From Oscillospiraceae bacterium (GTDB lineage: Bacteria > Bacillota > Clostridia > Oscillospirales > Acutalibacteraceae), in contig CADBON010000170.1 in the NCBI GenBank assembly GCA_902796315.1, forward strand, positions 1 to 33,317: a DNA stretch of 33,317 bases, written 5' to 3'. A model generated the notes under the pieces. It worked only from the letters and a program-made list of their open reading frames with translations. It did no database searches and was not told where the DNA came from. Positions within the stretch are counted from its first letter, which is position 1. The number at the start of each line of letters is the position of its first letter. The translations under genes and the position numbers were made by a program. This document shows, piece after piece, positions 24,160 through 31,410 of the stretch.

Positions 24160-24654
24160 TTACGCGTACTGCGCCAGAATACCGGGAACGTCGTCGGGGG
24201 TCACTTTGCCGTACACTTCGCCGTTGATGGTGAAGACGGGCGCAAGACCGCAGGCGCCGACACAACGGCAGGCCTCGATGGAGAATTTGCCGTCCGAGGT
24301 GCATTCACCCTCGTCAATGCCGAGTTCTTCTTTGATCTTGTCAAGCACCTGCTGCGAGCCTTTGACGTAGCAAGCGGTGCCCAGGCAGACCGAGATCGCG
24401 TACTTGCCTTTCGGGGAAAGAGCAAACTGTGCATAGAACGTCGCCACGCCGTAGACTTTCTCCAGCGGGACGTCAAGCCCTTCGGCGATGCGAACCTGCA
24501 CCTCGCGGGGAAGGTAGCCGTAAATATCCTGCGCCACCTGCATGACGTGCATCAACTGGCTCTTGTCGCCGTTCACTTCGGCGATGGCTTCCTTGAGTTT
24601 GGCCGCCTGTTCTGCAGTCTCCTTAAAAGGAATGCTGCTGATTTTTTTGACCAT
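24160..24654 (-). CDS. hydC: NuoE-like [2Fe-2S] subunit of the bifurcating hydrogenase (164 aa)
   Basis: The motifs CLGTACYVKG ... CRCVGACGLAP are the NuoE 2Fe-2S Cys pattern. The ATG at 24654 lies 7 nt after GGAGGA, which I prefer over the track start at 24708. Confidence 0.92.
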   Translation of the reverse strand: MVKKISSIPFKETAEQAAKLKEAIAEVNGDKSQLMHVMQVAQDIYGYLPREVQVRIAEGLDVPLEKVYGVATFYAQFALSPKGKYAISVCLGTACYVKGSQQVLDKIKEELGIDEGECTSDGKFSIEACRCVGACGLAPVFTINGEVYGKVTPDDVPGILAQYA

Positions 24655-24724
24655 TCGGAGTTCCTCCTGTTCGTATTTTTTCGCGAAGGCCGCGTTTCGC
24701 CCTCGCATTCATTACCAAGTATGT

Positions 24725-24753
24725 ATTATACCATTTATACCTTTTAATGTCTA
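24725..24753 (-). promoter_or_regulatory. Promoter candidate for the hydrogenase operon
   Basis: On the minus strand: TAGACA (24753-24748), a 17-nt spacer, then TATAAT (24730-24725) preceded by TGg (extended -10). It lies about 70 nt upstream of the hydC ATG. Confidence 0.55.
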
Positions 24754-24901
24754 CTGGAAAAATGCACTTTTTCGCACTTTTTGATAATTTTTTAACGGTT
24801 TCTCCCCATTCCCTAAAAAATATCCTAAACAGAGGCAGTTTTTTCGACAATCTTACGGAAACGCCCTCCCCTTTCTCACCGCTGCTTCCGAACGAAAAAG
24901 G

Positions 24902-24934
24902 CAAAAAAGAAAGACTCCCGGAGAGCCGGGAGTC
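24902..24934 (-). terminator. Rho-independent terminator of the cohesin/Fn3 gene
   Basis: On the minus strand: GACTCCCGG ctct CCGGGAGTC followed by TTTCTTTTTTG. It begins 16 nt after the stop. Confidence 0.8.
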
Positions 24935-24949
24935 TTTAGGGTTTCGGAA

Positions 24950-27406
24950 TCACGCACCGACGGTGATCGTCTGCGCGGTGAACGGGCTTCTGTTGGAGCC
25001 GCTGTTAGCGCGGACGGTGTAATAATAGGTAGCGCCGGGAGTGACGTCGGCGTCAAGGACCGACAGTTCGGCGTCCGCCGACAGCACTTCGAGAGTGGAC
25101 CAGGCGTCCGAGGCGTTCGCCTTTTTATAGACGGTGTAAGAGGTAGCGCCTTCGACCGCGGTCCAATCAATGCTGACGCCGTCGGCCGTATTGGTCAGAT
25201 CAAACGTCGGGGCCGCCAGGAAGTAGGAACGCGGAATGCTGCTCAAGCCGCTCCAGGTCTTTTTGGTGGCATTGTACGCACGTACGCAGTACTCATAGCA
25301 AGCGCCCTGTTTCAAACCGCTGGCGTCACTGTACGTTCTTTTTGTGGTGGTGGTCAGCGCTTTCCATGCGACCAGCACTTTGCCGGAAGCATCGACCTGG
25401 CGACGGAACACTCTGTACTGCGAAGCACCCTTTACAGCGCCCCATGTGACCTTAAAGCCCTTATTGATCTGTGCCATTTTGACAGCGCCGGGCGCCGCCA
25501 CATAGTTGATGCTCTTGGCAGTGTATGCGCTCTTGGTTCCGATCGCCGTGTAGGCGCAGACGGTGTAATAATACAGCTTGCCGTTCGCGGCAGTGGTATC
25601 GGTATAACTCAACTTGGTCACGGTCTTGAGCTTCGTCCAGGAATCGGTGGGTTTCAGACGGCGGTACACGTTGTACTTGGTAGCGCCGGTGATCTTGTTC
25701 CACGAAACGAGCACGCCGCTCGTCGCGTTAGCAAGTTTCACGGTCGGGGTCGCCAGGAAGTAGGCGGCGTTCGTCTTCAAGCCGCTCCACGCTTTTCCGG
25801 TCGCGTTATACGCTCTGACGCAGTATTGATAGCGCTTGCCGGTCTTCAGACCGCTGGCGTCGGAATACGAAAGGTTTTTGGTGGTGGTCAGCGTTTTCCA
25901 GCCGGTCAGGGCCTTGCCGGCGGCGTCCAGTTCGCGGCGGAACACGCGGTACTGCGAAGCGCCCTTGACGGTCGTCCACGTGACCTTAAAGCCCTTGGCG
26001 ACCTGCTGCAGCTTCACGGAAGAGGGCGTCGCTACGAAGAATACCGACTTCGAGGTGAACCAGCTGCTGGTGGTATCGGAGTAGGCGCGAACCGTATAAT
26101 AGTTGGTTTTCCCGTTCGCTGCACCTGTGTCGACGTAGGAGGCGGCGGCAGTAGCCGAAACGGTCTTCAAAACTTTCCAGGAATCGGTGGTCTTCATACG
26201 GCGGTACACAATGAACTTGGTCGCGCCGGCGGACTTCGTCCAGGTGACGATCACGCCCTTTTCACCGTTGGCAAGCTTAACAGTCGGATTGACGATATAG
26301 GTCTTAGCGGCAGTAGCGCTGTAAGCACTGAAAGTGCCGGCCGTTTTGTCGCTGGTGTTGTTATCATAATACGTAAAGACCGTGTATTCGTAATTCTTGC
26401 CGGAAACCAGGTCTTTGCTCGTGTCGCTGAAGGTGCGGACGCTGGCACTGGCCGTGTCGCCGAGTTTGGTCCAGCCGGTGGCGGGATCGCCGTTCGCATC
26501 CAGTTGACGGCGGAAGACACGGTACAGCGTCGCTTTGCTGACCGCGTTCCAGGTCACCTTAATGCCGCCGGTGATGGGAGCCAGGTTGATCGTCGTGGGG
26601 GCGGCAACGTACATGGTGGAAACCCCGGCAGCGTTGTAGCCGGCGGAAAGGCCGCTGGCATTGATCGCACGAACCGTATAATCATACGAGGTGCCCTGCG
26701 TGACGGATTTATCGGTATACACCTGTTTGGTGCCGGAAGCAGGCGTGACATCAAAGGTCGTAGAGCCGGCCCAGCTCGAGGCGCCCGCCGCTCTGCGATA
26801 TACGCGGTAAGAATCGGCGCCCTTGACGGCATTCCACGTCACGGCGATGCCGCCGTCCGCGTTCTTGGCGCTGACGAGTTGGACATCACTGAGTGTAACG
26901 ACCGACTTGGTGCCGATCTGGGTCTTGGTATCGCCGCCGCCGTACAGGTTGCTCTCGGTAAGCAGCAGCTGGTTGCAGTAAGCCTTGACCGTGGTCTTGG
27001 GCCGTGCGTTGCCGATCACCTTGAATGTGGCGTAAAAGACCTGCGTGGACTTGGTCACGGAAACGGCCTTGGAGCCGGTAAACGACAACGCATAAAGGTT
27101 GTCGGATCCGCTCACGGCGCCGTGCGCTTCCACGCCGAAATTCGCGGCGGCGGAGCTCAAGCCGGCCTTGCTGTCCTGCGGCTGCAGAACGGCGGGGTCA
27201 TACTCCAGCCAAATCACCGCGCCGAACAGTTTTTTGCTCGCGTTAAGATTGACGCTGAACGTAATCTCATCGTTCACACTGTTCGTCGACGTGAACGTAA
27301 AATAGTCTGCCGGGTTCACATCGGCGGCGTCCGCAGCAACGGAGAAGCAGACGACGCAGGTGAGGACCATCAGAAGGCAGAGGACAGATGAAATCGCTCT
27401 TTTCAT
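24950..27406 (-). CDS. Secreted protein: signal peptide, cohesin-like N-terminal domain, then seven Fn3-like modules (818 aa)
   Basis: The signal peptide is MKRAISSVLCLLMVLTCVVCFSVAADA. The cohesin-like segment is ITFSVNLNASKKLFGAVIWLEYDPAVLQP. Seven modules of 85-104 aa each carry W-x2-V-x-GA-x2-Y-x-V(Y/F)(R/K)(R/K) and YxYxVRA motifs. I see no LPXTG, SLH or dockerin. Confidence 0.88.
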   Translation of the reverse strand: MKRAISSVLCLLMVLTCVVCFSVAADAADVNPADYFTFTSTNSVNDEITFSVNLNASKKLFGAVIWLEYDPAVLQPQDSKAGLSSAAANFGVEAHGAVSGSDNLYALSFTGSKAVSVTKSTQVFYATFKVIGNARPKTTVKAYCNQLLLTESNLYGGGDTKTQIGTKSVVTLSDVQLVSAKNADGGIAVTWNAVKGADSYRVYRRAAGASSWAGSTTFDVTPASGTKQVYTDKSVTQGTSYDYTVRAINASGLSAGYNAAGVSTMYVAAPTTINLAPITGGIKVTWNAVSKATLYRVFRRQLDANGDPATGWTKLGDTASASVRTFSDTSKDLVSGKNYEYTVFTYYDNNTSDKTAGTFSAYSATAAKTYIVNPTVKLANGEKGVIVTWTKSAGATKFIVYRRMKTTDSWKVLKTVSATAAASYVDTGAANGKTNYYTVRAYSDTTSSWFTSKSVFFVATPSSVKLQQVAKGFKVTWTTVKGASQYRVFRRELDAAGKALTGWKTLTTTKNLSYSDASGLKTGKRYQYCVRAYNATGKAWSGLKTNAAYFLATPTVKLANATSGVLVSWNKITGATKYNVYRRLKPTDSWTKLKTVTKLSYTDTTAANGKLYYYTVCAYTAIGTKSAYTAKSINYVAAPGAVKMAQINKGFKVTWGAVKGASQYRVFRRQVDASGKVLVAWKALTTTTKRTYSDASGLKQGACYEYCVRAYNATKKTWSGLSSIPRSYFLAAPTFDLTNTADGVSIDWTAVEGATSYTVYKKANASDAWSTLEVLSADAELSVLDADVTPGATYYYTVRANSGSNRSPFTAQTITVGA
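24953..26884 (-). repeat. Array of seven tandem Fn3-like coding modules, including an imperfect ~530-nt two-module duplication (R3-R4 versus R5-R6, 25208-26284)
   Basis: I set module boundaries by counting: aa 175-270, 271-374, 375-461, 462-554, 555-639, 640-733 and 734-818. R3/R5 begin TVKLAN... and R4/R6 contain KGFKVTW..VKGASQYRVFRR. DNA near 25380-25470 and 25910-26000 is visibly similar. Confidence 0.8.
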
Positions 27407-27466
27407 AATTTGACCGATCCTTTCGAAAGCAGGGCGCTATGCACCCTTGGATTTCAAGACATATTA

Positions 27467-27496
27467 AATATAGCACAGTTCAGGGCGTTCTGTCAA
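27467..27496 (-). promoter_or_regulatory. Promoter candidate for the cohesin/Fn3 gene
   Basis: On the minus strand: TTGACA (27496-27491), an 18-nt spacer, then TATATT (27472-27467) preceded by TGc. Confidence 0.5.
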
Positions 27497-27581
27497 CCAA
27501 ACAAGGCAAAAAGAAGATGGAAAACTTGCTAATAAATTGTAAACTTTTTGTATACCATCAAATAAAAGGAGCCCGGGTTTT

Positions 27582-27622
27582 AGCAAAGAGAGAGGCAGCA
27601 CGGTCAACCCGTACTGCCTCTC
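27582..27622 (-). terminator. Weak terminator-like hairpin after the 27658-28137 gene
   Basis: On the minus strand the stem is GAGAGGCAG / CTGCCTCTC with a 15-nt loop, then TCTTTGCT. The T-run is poor. Confidence 0.35.
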
Positions 27623-27657
27623 GCGGTATGAAAGGAGTTTCCCCTGTTTTTCGCGAT

Positions 27658-28137
27658 TTACCGTACCGTCATTTCGTGCCGCACGAAGGTGAGCACATCC
27701 TCATCGTCGCGCTTGAAGGTGCGCACCGGCACCGACACCAGCCGGCTGACCGTACCGCCGGAGAGCGCCACCAGCACGCGCAGCGCGTCGCTTGCTTTTT
27801 TGGCGACGCGCCCCTCGCCGAAAACGATGCACGAAACGTCTTTGGCGCGCAGGGTATGTTTTTCAATGAATTGGCCGACGACGGGATACACCCCGCTCAG
27901 GCAGCCGTCACAGGCGATGATGATCTTGTCGTACGCCTCGACGGGCAAATCGTAACTGCGGGGAACGCCGGCGGAGCGCCCGCAGTAATTTTTGATTCGT
28001 TTCAGCAACGGGGACGCGTTGGACAGTTCCCGCAGTTCCAGTACGTCGATGGAACTGGACGCGCTTTTGGCGCAGAGGGACGTGACCGCTTCGTCACCCG
28101 AACAATGCACAAGCAAAGTTTTCACCGGACACCTCAT
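27658..28137 (-). CDS. Hypothetical protein (155-159 aa), possibly a flavodoxin-like fold
   Basis: The ORF has GC3 bias. An alternating beta-alpha-like pattern is present (KTLLVHCSG ... KIIIACDGC ... VSCIVFGEG). There is no canonical FMN-binding motif. The alternative GTG start at 28125 lies 5 nt after GAGGT. The product guess is weak. Confidence 0.6.
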   Translation of the reverse strand: MRCPVKTLLVHCSGDEAVTSLCAKSASSSIDVLELRELSNASPLLKRIKNYCGRSAGVPRSYDLPVEAYDKIIIACDGCLSGVYPVVGQFIEKHTLRAKDVSCIVFGEGRVAKKASDALRVLVALSGGTVSRLVSVPVRTFKRDDEDVLTFVRHEMTVR

Positions 28138-28189
28138 TCTCCCGTGCAGAGCCGCACACGGTTTTATCGAAAAGCCCGTTCAACGAAAA

Positions 28190-28233
28190 ACTACATATAG
28201 ATGAACGTGCACATAACTACAACTATATGTAGT
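28190..28233. repeat. Perfect 11-bp inverted repeat ACTACATATAG-N22-CTATATGTAGT in an AT-rich intergenic island
   Basis: I read this directly from the sequence. The loop contains GTGCAC. Related half-sites ACTACAT (28277-28283) and ACTATATAT (28309-28317) lie nearby. It overlaps a weak TTGTAG-N17-TATATG promoter-like pair on the minus strand. Confidence 0.8.
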
Positions 28234-28404
28234 ATAGCATAGTTGCACAACGAATGGCAGGTTTTTTTAGCAGTGTACTACATTTTCTGCGTTTTGCACA
28301 AACCGACCACTATATATTGTGCTTTTTATACAATGTGACGGCATATTCCGCTTTTCGGCGCGAAAACCGTTGATCTCGCCGGACGGCCGACGGAAAAACA
28401 AGGC

Positions 28405-28435
28405 ACGGAAAAACCCGCAGCGGGGTAGCTGCGGG
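28405..28435 (-). terminator. Rho-independent terminator downstream of rqcP
   Basis: On the minus strand: CCCGCAGC tacccc GCTGCGGG followed by TTTTTCC. It lies about 170 nt after the rqcP stop. Confidence 0.65.
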
Positions 28436-28603
28436 CCTTTCCTGATAGGGGTAAATATGGAAATAAGGAGATAGGAATGAAAACTTCTGAAACGTCTGAC
28501 TTCCGTTTCATTGCTTGCAGTATAGCAGTTAAAGATAAATTCCGTGTGACGGATATATTAACAATCTGAAAAGGAGAATGAACGTTTCGTGAACAACCGC
28601 GTG

Positions 28604-28846
28604 TCAGGAAATGACCTCGTACATGGCGGCCGCCTCGTCTTTTTTGGCGTACTCATTGACGGAAAGCACGCGGTACTTCGTCAGATTCGCGCCCATCTGA
28701 ATGGCGATCACGTCGCCCTCTTTCACCTCGAGCGAAGCGCGGGCGACCTTGCCGTTGACCTCGACGTGCTTGGCGTCACAGACCTCGTTGGCGACGGTGC
28801 GGCGCTTGATGATGCGCGACACTTTTAAATACTTATCCAGTCTCAT
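28604..28846 (-). CDS. rqcP: S4-domain RNA-binding protein RqcP/YabO (Hsp15-like, 80 aa)
   Basis: MRLDKYLKVSRIIKRRTVANEV ... closely parallels B. subtilis YabO (MRLDKFLKVSRLIKRRTLAKEV...), as I recall it. The internal ATG at 28846 has an AAAGGA RBS. The longer track ORF (to 29248) overlaps the cyclase gene. Confidence 0.85.
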   Translation of the reverse strand: MRLDKYLKVSRIIKRRTVANEVCDAKHVEVNGKVARASLEVKEGDVIAIQMGANLTKYRVLSVNEYAKKDEAAAMYEVIS

Positions 28847-28866
28847 ATACACAGTCCTTTCGCAAA

Positions 28867-29472
28867 TCAGCGCGAGCCGGTCCAGAACAGGTGGTCCTTC
28901 ACCAGCAGCGCGCGGCAGGGAGCCGCCTCCACACCGCCGATCTTCAGCGGTTGGGCAAGCAGAAAATAGCGGCCGGGTGCGGCGTCGGCAAGGTCCAGTC
29001 CCTCCAGGATCGCCACGCCGGACGTGAACAGGGCGCGGTGTACGGGGCCGTTGCTGCCGTGCACGCCAACGGAGGCGCTGTCGGTGCCGAACAGACGGCA
29101 CCCGATATCCTGCAGAACATACGCGCTGCTCTCCATCAAATAGGCGAGCCCGCCGCCCTTGATGAGCAGGCGCTCGCAGCGGCGCGGAAAATGCTCCTCG
29201 GCCCAAGCACCCGAAATCGGCCCGGGAGGGGCGTCGATCACGGTGCACTCGCCGACGAACAGTTCCGGCGGCAGGGCTTCGATGCTGTCGCCGCCCTCTA
29301 AAAAGTGGGACGGCGCGTCGACGTGCGTCGCGGTGTGCAGGCAGGTATAGACCGCCGTCACGTCACAGTGACCGCCGGCGCTCATACTCTCCACCCGATC
29401 GACGCGGGTTTCCGGGTCGCCGGGATAGGGCAGCGTTTTGAGCAGATCGCGCGAAATGTCGATGAGTTCCAT
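28867..29472 (-). CDS. Cyclase-family protein (kynurenine formamidase-like, 201 aa)
   Basis: The metal-binding motif is HTATHVDAPSHF (HxGTHxDxPxH-like). The start at 29472 follows a GGAAGGGGGA RBS. It lies 19 nt after hisS. Confidence 0.85.
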   Translation of the reverse strand: MELIDISRDLLKTLPYPGDPETRVDRVESMSAGGHCDVTAVYTCLHTATHVDAPSHFLEGGDSIEALPPELFVGECTVIDAPPGPISGAWAEEHFPRRCERLLIKGGGLAYLMESSAYVLQDIGCRLFGTDSASVGVHGSNGPVHRALFTSGVAILEGLDLADAAPGRYFLLAQPLKIGGVEAAPCRALLVKDHLFWTGSR

Positions 29473-29491
29473 ACGCGTCCCCCTTCCGCGG

Positions 29492-30847
29492 TCAGCCGCG
29501 GCCGCCGAGCAGGCGGTCGATATCCGGCTGGGTGAGCGAACCGAAGTCCGCACCCGCGACGGCGTCCGTCAGCCGCCGCATCAGCACGTCGGAAAAACCC
29601 TCGCAAAACGTGTCGAGCGGGAGTTCGGTCTCGTCGGAGGTTTCCATGTTTTTCAGTTTCACCGTGCCGGCTTCCAGTTCATTATCGCCGATAACGGCGG
29701 TGTATTGCGCGCCGATCTTGTTGGCGTACTTCATCTGCGCCTTGATCGAGCGGCCGACGGTGTCCACCGTCACGCTGTACCCCTCGGCCCGCAGGTCGGC
29801 GGCAAGCGCCATCGCTTTCAGCAGAGCGGCCTCCCCTGCCGTCACCAGCGCCAGGTTGCAGGGCGGCGCTTCGGGGAAGGGCGCGCCGACGGCGTCCATC
29901 GCCATCTGCAGGCGCTCAAGGCCCACCGCGAAGCCGCAGGCGGGCATCGGCGATCCGCCGAGTTCTTCCACCAGACCGTCGTACCGTCCGCCGCCGCAGA
30001 GCACCAGACCCTGCGTTTGCGGGTGATGGCTGACGAACTCAAACACCGTGCGGGTATAATAGTCCAGACCGCGGACGATGCGCGGGTTGACCTCGTAGGA
30101 AATGCCGAGCGCGGTCAGGTACCCCTTGAGGTTTTCAAAATGCGCGCGGCAGTCGTCGCAGAGATAGTCGAGCATGGCGGGTGCGTCCGCGGCGATCGCC
30201 TGACAGTCCGGTACCTTGCAGTCCAAAATCCGCATCGGGTTGCGGTCAAGTCGCGTCAGGCAGGTGTCACAGAGACGGTCTTTCTTATCCTCAAAATAGG
30301 CGCGCAGGGCGTTGCTGTATGCGGCGCGGCAGGTCGGGCAGCCGATGGAATTGATCTCCAGCGTATAGTCCGACAAACCGAGCGCGGCAAAGAACGAATC
30401 CGCCAAAGAGATGATCTCGGCGTCCTGCGCCGCGGAAGCGGCGCCGAAGCACTCCACACCGAACTGATGAAACTCGCGCAGACGGCCGGCCTGCGGCTTT
30501 TCATAGCGGTAGCAGGAGGTCAGGTAGCAAAGCTTCTGGGGTAGCGGCTCGTTAAAAAGGCCGTGTTCCAAAAACGCGCGCACCGCGCCCGCCGTGCCCT
30601 CGGGGCGCAGCGTGATGGAACGGTCGCCCTTGTCGGTGAAAGTATACATTTCCTTCTGCACGACGTCGGTGGTCTCACCCACCCCGCGGTCAAAAAGCTC
30701 GGTGTACTCAAAGACCGGGGTGCGCATCTCGCGAAAACCGAACGCCGCCGCCGTATCCAGGGCGGTGCGCTCGATATACTGATTTTTGTGACTTTCGGCG
30801 GGCAGGGTATCTCGGGTACCCTTGATCGCCTGAATGGTTGCAGCCAT
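29492..30847 (-). CDS. hisS: Histidine--tRNA ligase (451 aa)
   Basis: Class II aaRS HisS signatures are present: KGTRD, FRYEKPQAGRLREFHQ-type motif 2 (CYRYEKPQAGRLREFHQFG) and GGGRYDGL. Confidence 0.95.
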   Translation of the reverse strand: MAATIQAIKGTRDTLPAESHKNQYIERTALDTAAAFGFREMRTPVFEYTELFDRGVGETTDVVQKEMYTFTDKGDRSITLRPEGTAGAVRAFLEHGLFNEPLPQKLCYLTSCYRYEKPQAGRLREFHQFGVECFGAASAAQDAEIISLADSFFAALGLSDYTLEINSIGCPTCRAAYSNALRAYFEDKKDRLCDTCLTRLDRNPMRILDCKVPDCQAIAADAPAMLDYLCDDCRAHFENLKGYLTALGISYEVNPRIVRGLDYYTRTVFEFVSHHPQTQGLVLCGGGRYDGLVEELGGSPMPACGFAVGLERLQMAMDAVGAPFPEAPPCNLALVTAGEAALLKAMALAADLRAEGYSVTVDTVGRSIKAQMKYANKIGAQYTAVIGDNELEAGTVKLKNMETSDETELPLDTFCEGFSDVLMRRLTDAVAGADFGSLTQPDIDRLLGGRG

Positions 30848-30863
30848 AGTAAAAACTCCTTAT

Positions 30864-30906
30864 GAAAAAAATCGGGCGCAAGGTCACGGCACGCCGCGAC
30901 CCTGCC
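30864..30906 (-). terminator. Terminator/attenuator-like hairpin between mgsA and hisS
   Basis: On the minus-strand RNA there is a ~12-bp stem (GCAGGGUCGCGG cgug CCGUGACCUUGC, with G-U pairs). Six nt later comes UUUUUUU. The spacer before the U-run makes it atypical. Confidence 0.3.
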
Positions 30907-30923
30907 ACCCGAAAAAGCGCGCG

Positions 30924-31328
30924 TCAGTTTTTGGGATTGACAATGTCACGCCAGTCAAGGTCGCCGCGTTCGAGCGAATGGATCAGCGCCTCGGCCGTGG
31001 CGATATTGGTGGCGACGGGGATGTTGTGCACGTCGCACAGACGCAGCAGGTTCGTTTCGTTCGGCTCACCGGGTTTCGGGTTCAGCGGGTCGCGGAACAG
31101 AAGCAACAGGTCGATTTCGTCACAGGCGATGCGCGAGCCGATTTGCTGGGCGCCGCCCTGTGAACCGCTGAGGTACTTTTCGATATTCAGGCCCGTGGCC
31201 TCGGCAACGAGTTTGCCGGTAGTACCCGTGGCGCAGATGCTGTGTTTGCTGAGAATGCCACAGTACGCAATGCAGAACTGGGTCATCAGTTCCTTCTTGG
31301 AATCGTGAGCGATTAACGCGATATTCAA
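30924..31328 (-). CDS. mgsA: Methylglyoxal synthase (134 aa)
   Basis: NIALIAHDSKKELM aligns with the B. subtilis MgsA N-terminus (MKIALIAHDKKK) as I recall it. Other matching segments are ATGTTG and GPLGGDQQ-like SGSQGGAQQIG. I prefer the TTG start at 31328, which lies 8 nt after AAGGAGG. The track's GTG at 31337 abuts the RBS. Confidence 0.9.
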   Translation of the reverse strand: MNIALIAHDSKKELMTQFCIAYCGILSKHSICATGTTGKLVAEATGLNIEKYLSGSQGGAQQIGSRIACDEIDLLLLFRDPLNPKPGEPNETNLLRLCDVHNIPVATNIATAEALIHSLERGDLDWRDIVNPKN

Positions 31329-31360
31329 ATCGGACACCTCCTTACGATTGGAGAGACTTT

Positions 31361-31389
31361 ATTCTATCACAAAAGTTGTGTGAATTCAA
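31361..31389 (-). promoter_or_regulatory. Promoter candidate for mgsA with an inverted repeat filling the spacer
   Basis: On the minus strand: TTGAAT (31389-31384), a 17-nt spacer, then TAGAAT (31366-31361) preceded by TGa. The spacer is TCACA-N7-TGTGA (31367-31383). Confidence 0.5.
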
Positions 31390-31410
31390 TAAAAACTTAT
31401 TCGGCAACTG

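Noticed and set aside
24623-24904. A 93-aa minus-strand ORF covers the hydrogenase promoter region.
   Set aside because: It overlaps the hydC start and the AT-rich promoter DNA. It has no RBS. The region is better explained as promoter/5' UTR.
28326-28511. A 61-aa ORF lies on the minus strand in the AT-rich island.
   Set aside because: It has no RBS. It spans the rho-independent terminator hairpin at 28405-28435. Its composition is not protein-like.
28604-29553. The track gives extended versions of the rqcP ORF (to 29248) and of the cyclase ORF (to 29553).
   Set aside because: The extensions overlap the upstream genes and are Arg/Pro-rich. Internal ATGs at 28846 and 29472 have RBSs and give family-typical N-termini.
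30848-30923. I looked for a T-box leader upstream of hisS.
   Set aside because: Only 76 nt separate mgsA and hisS, far shorter than a T-box riboswitch (~200+ nt). I saw no T-box consensus (AAnnnGGGTGGTACCGCG-like). There is only a modest hairpin followed by a U-run.
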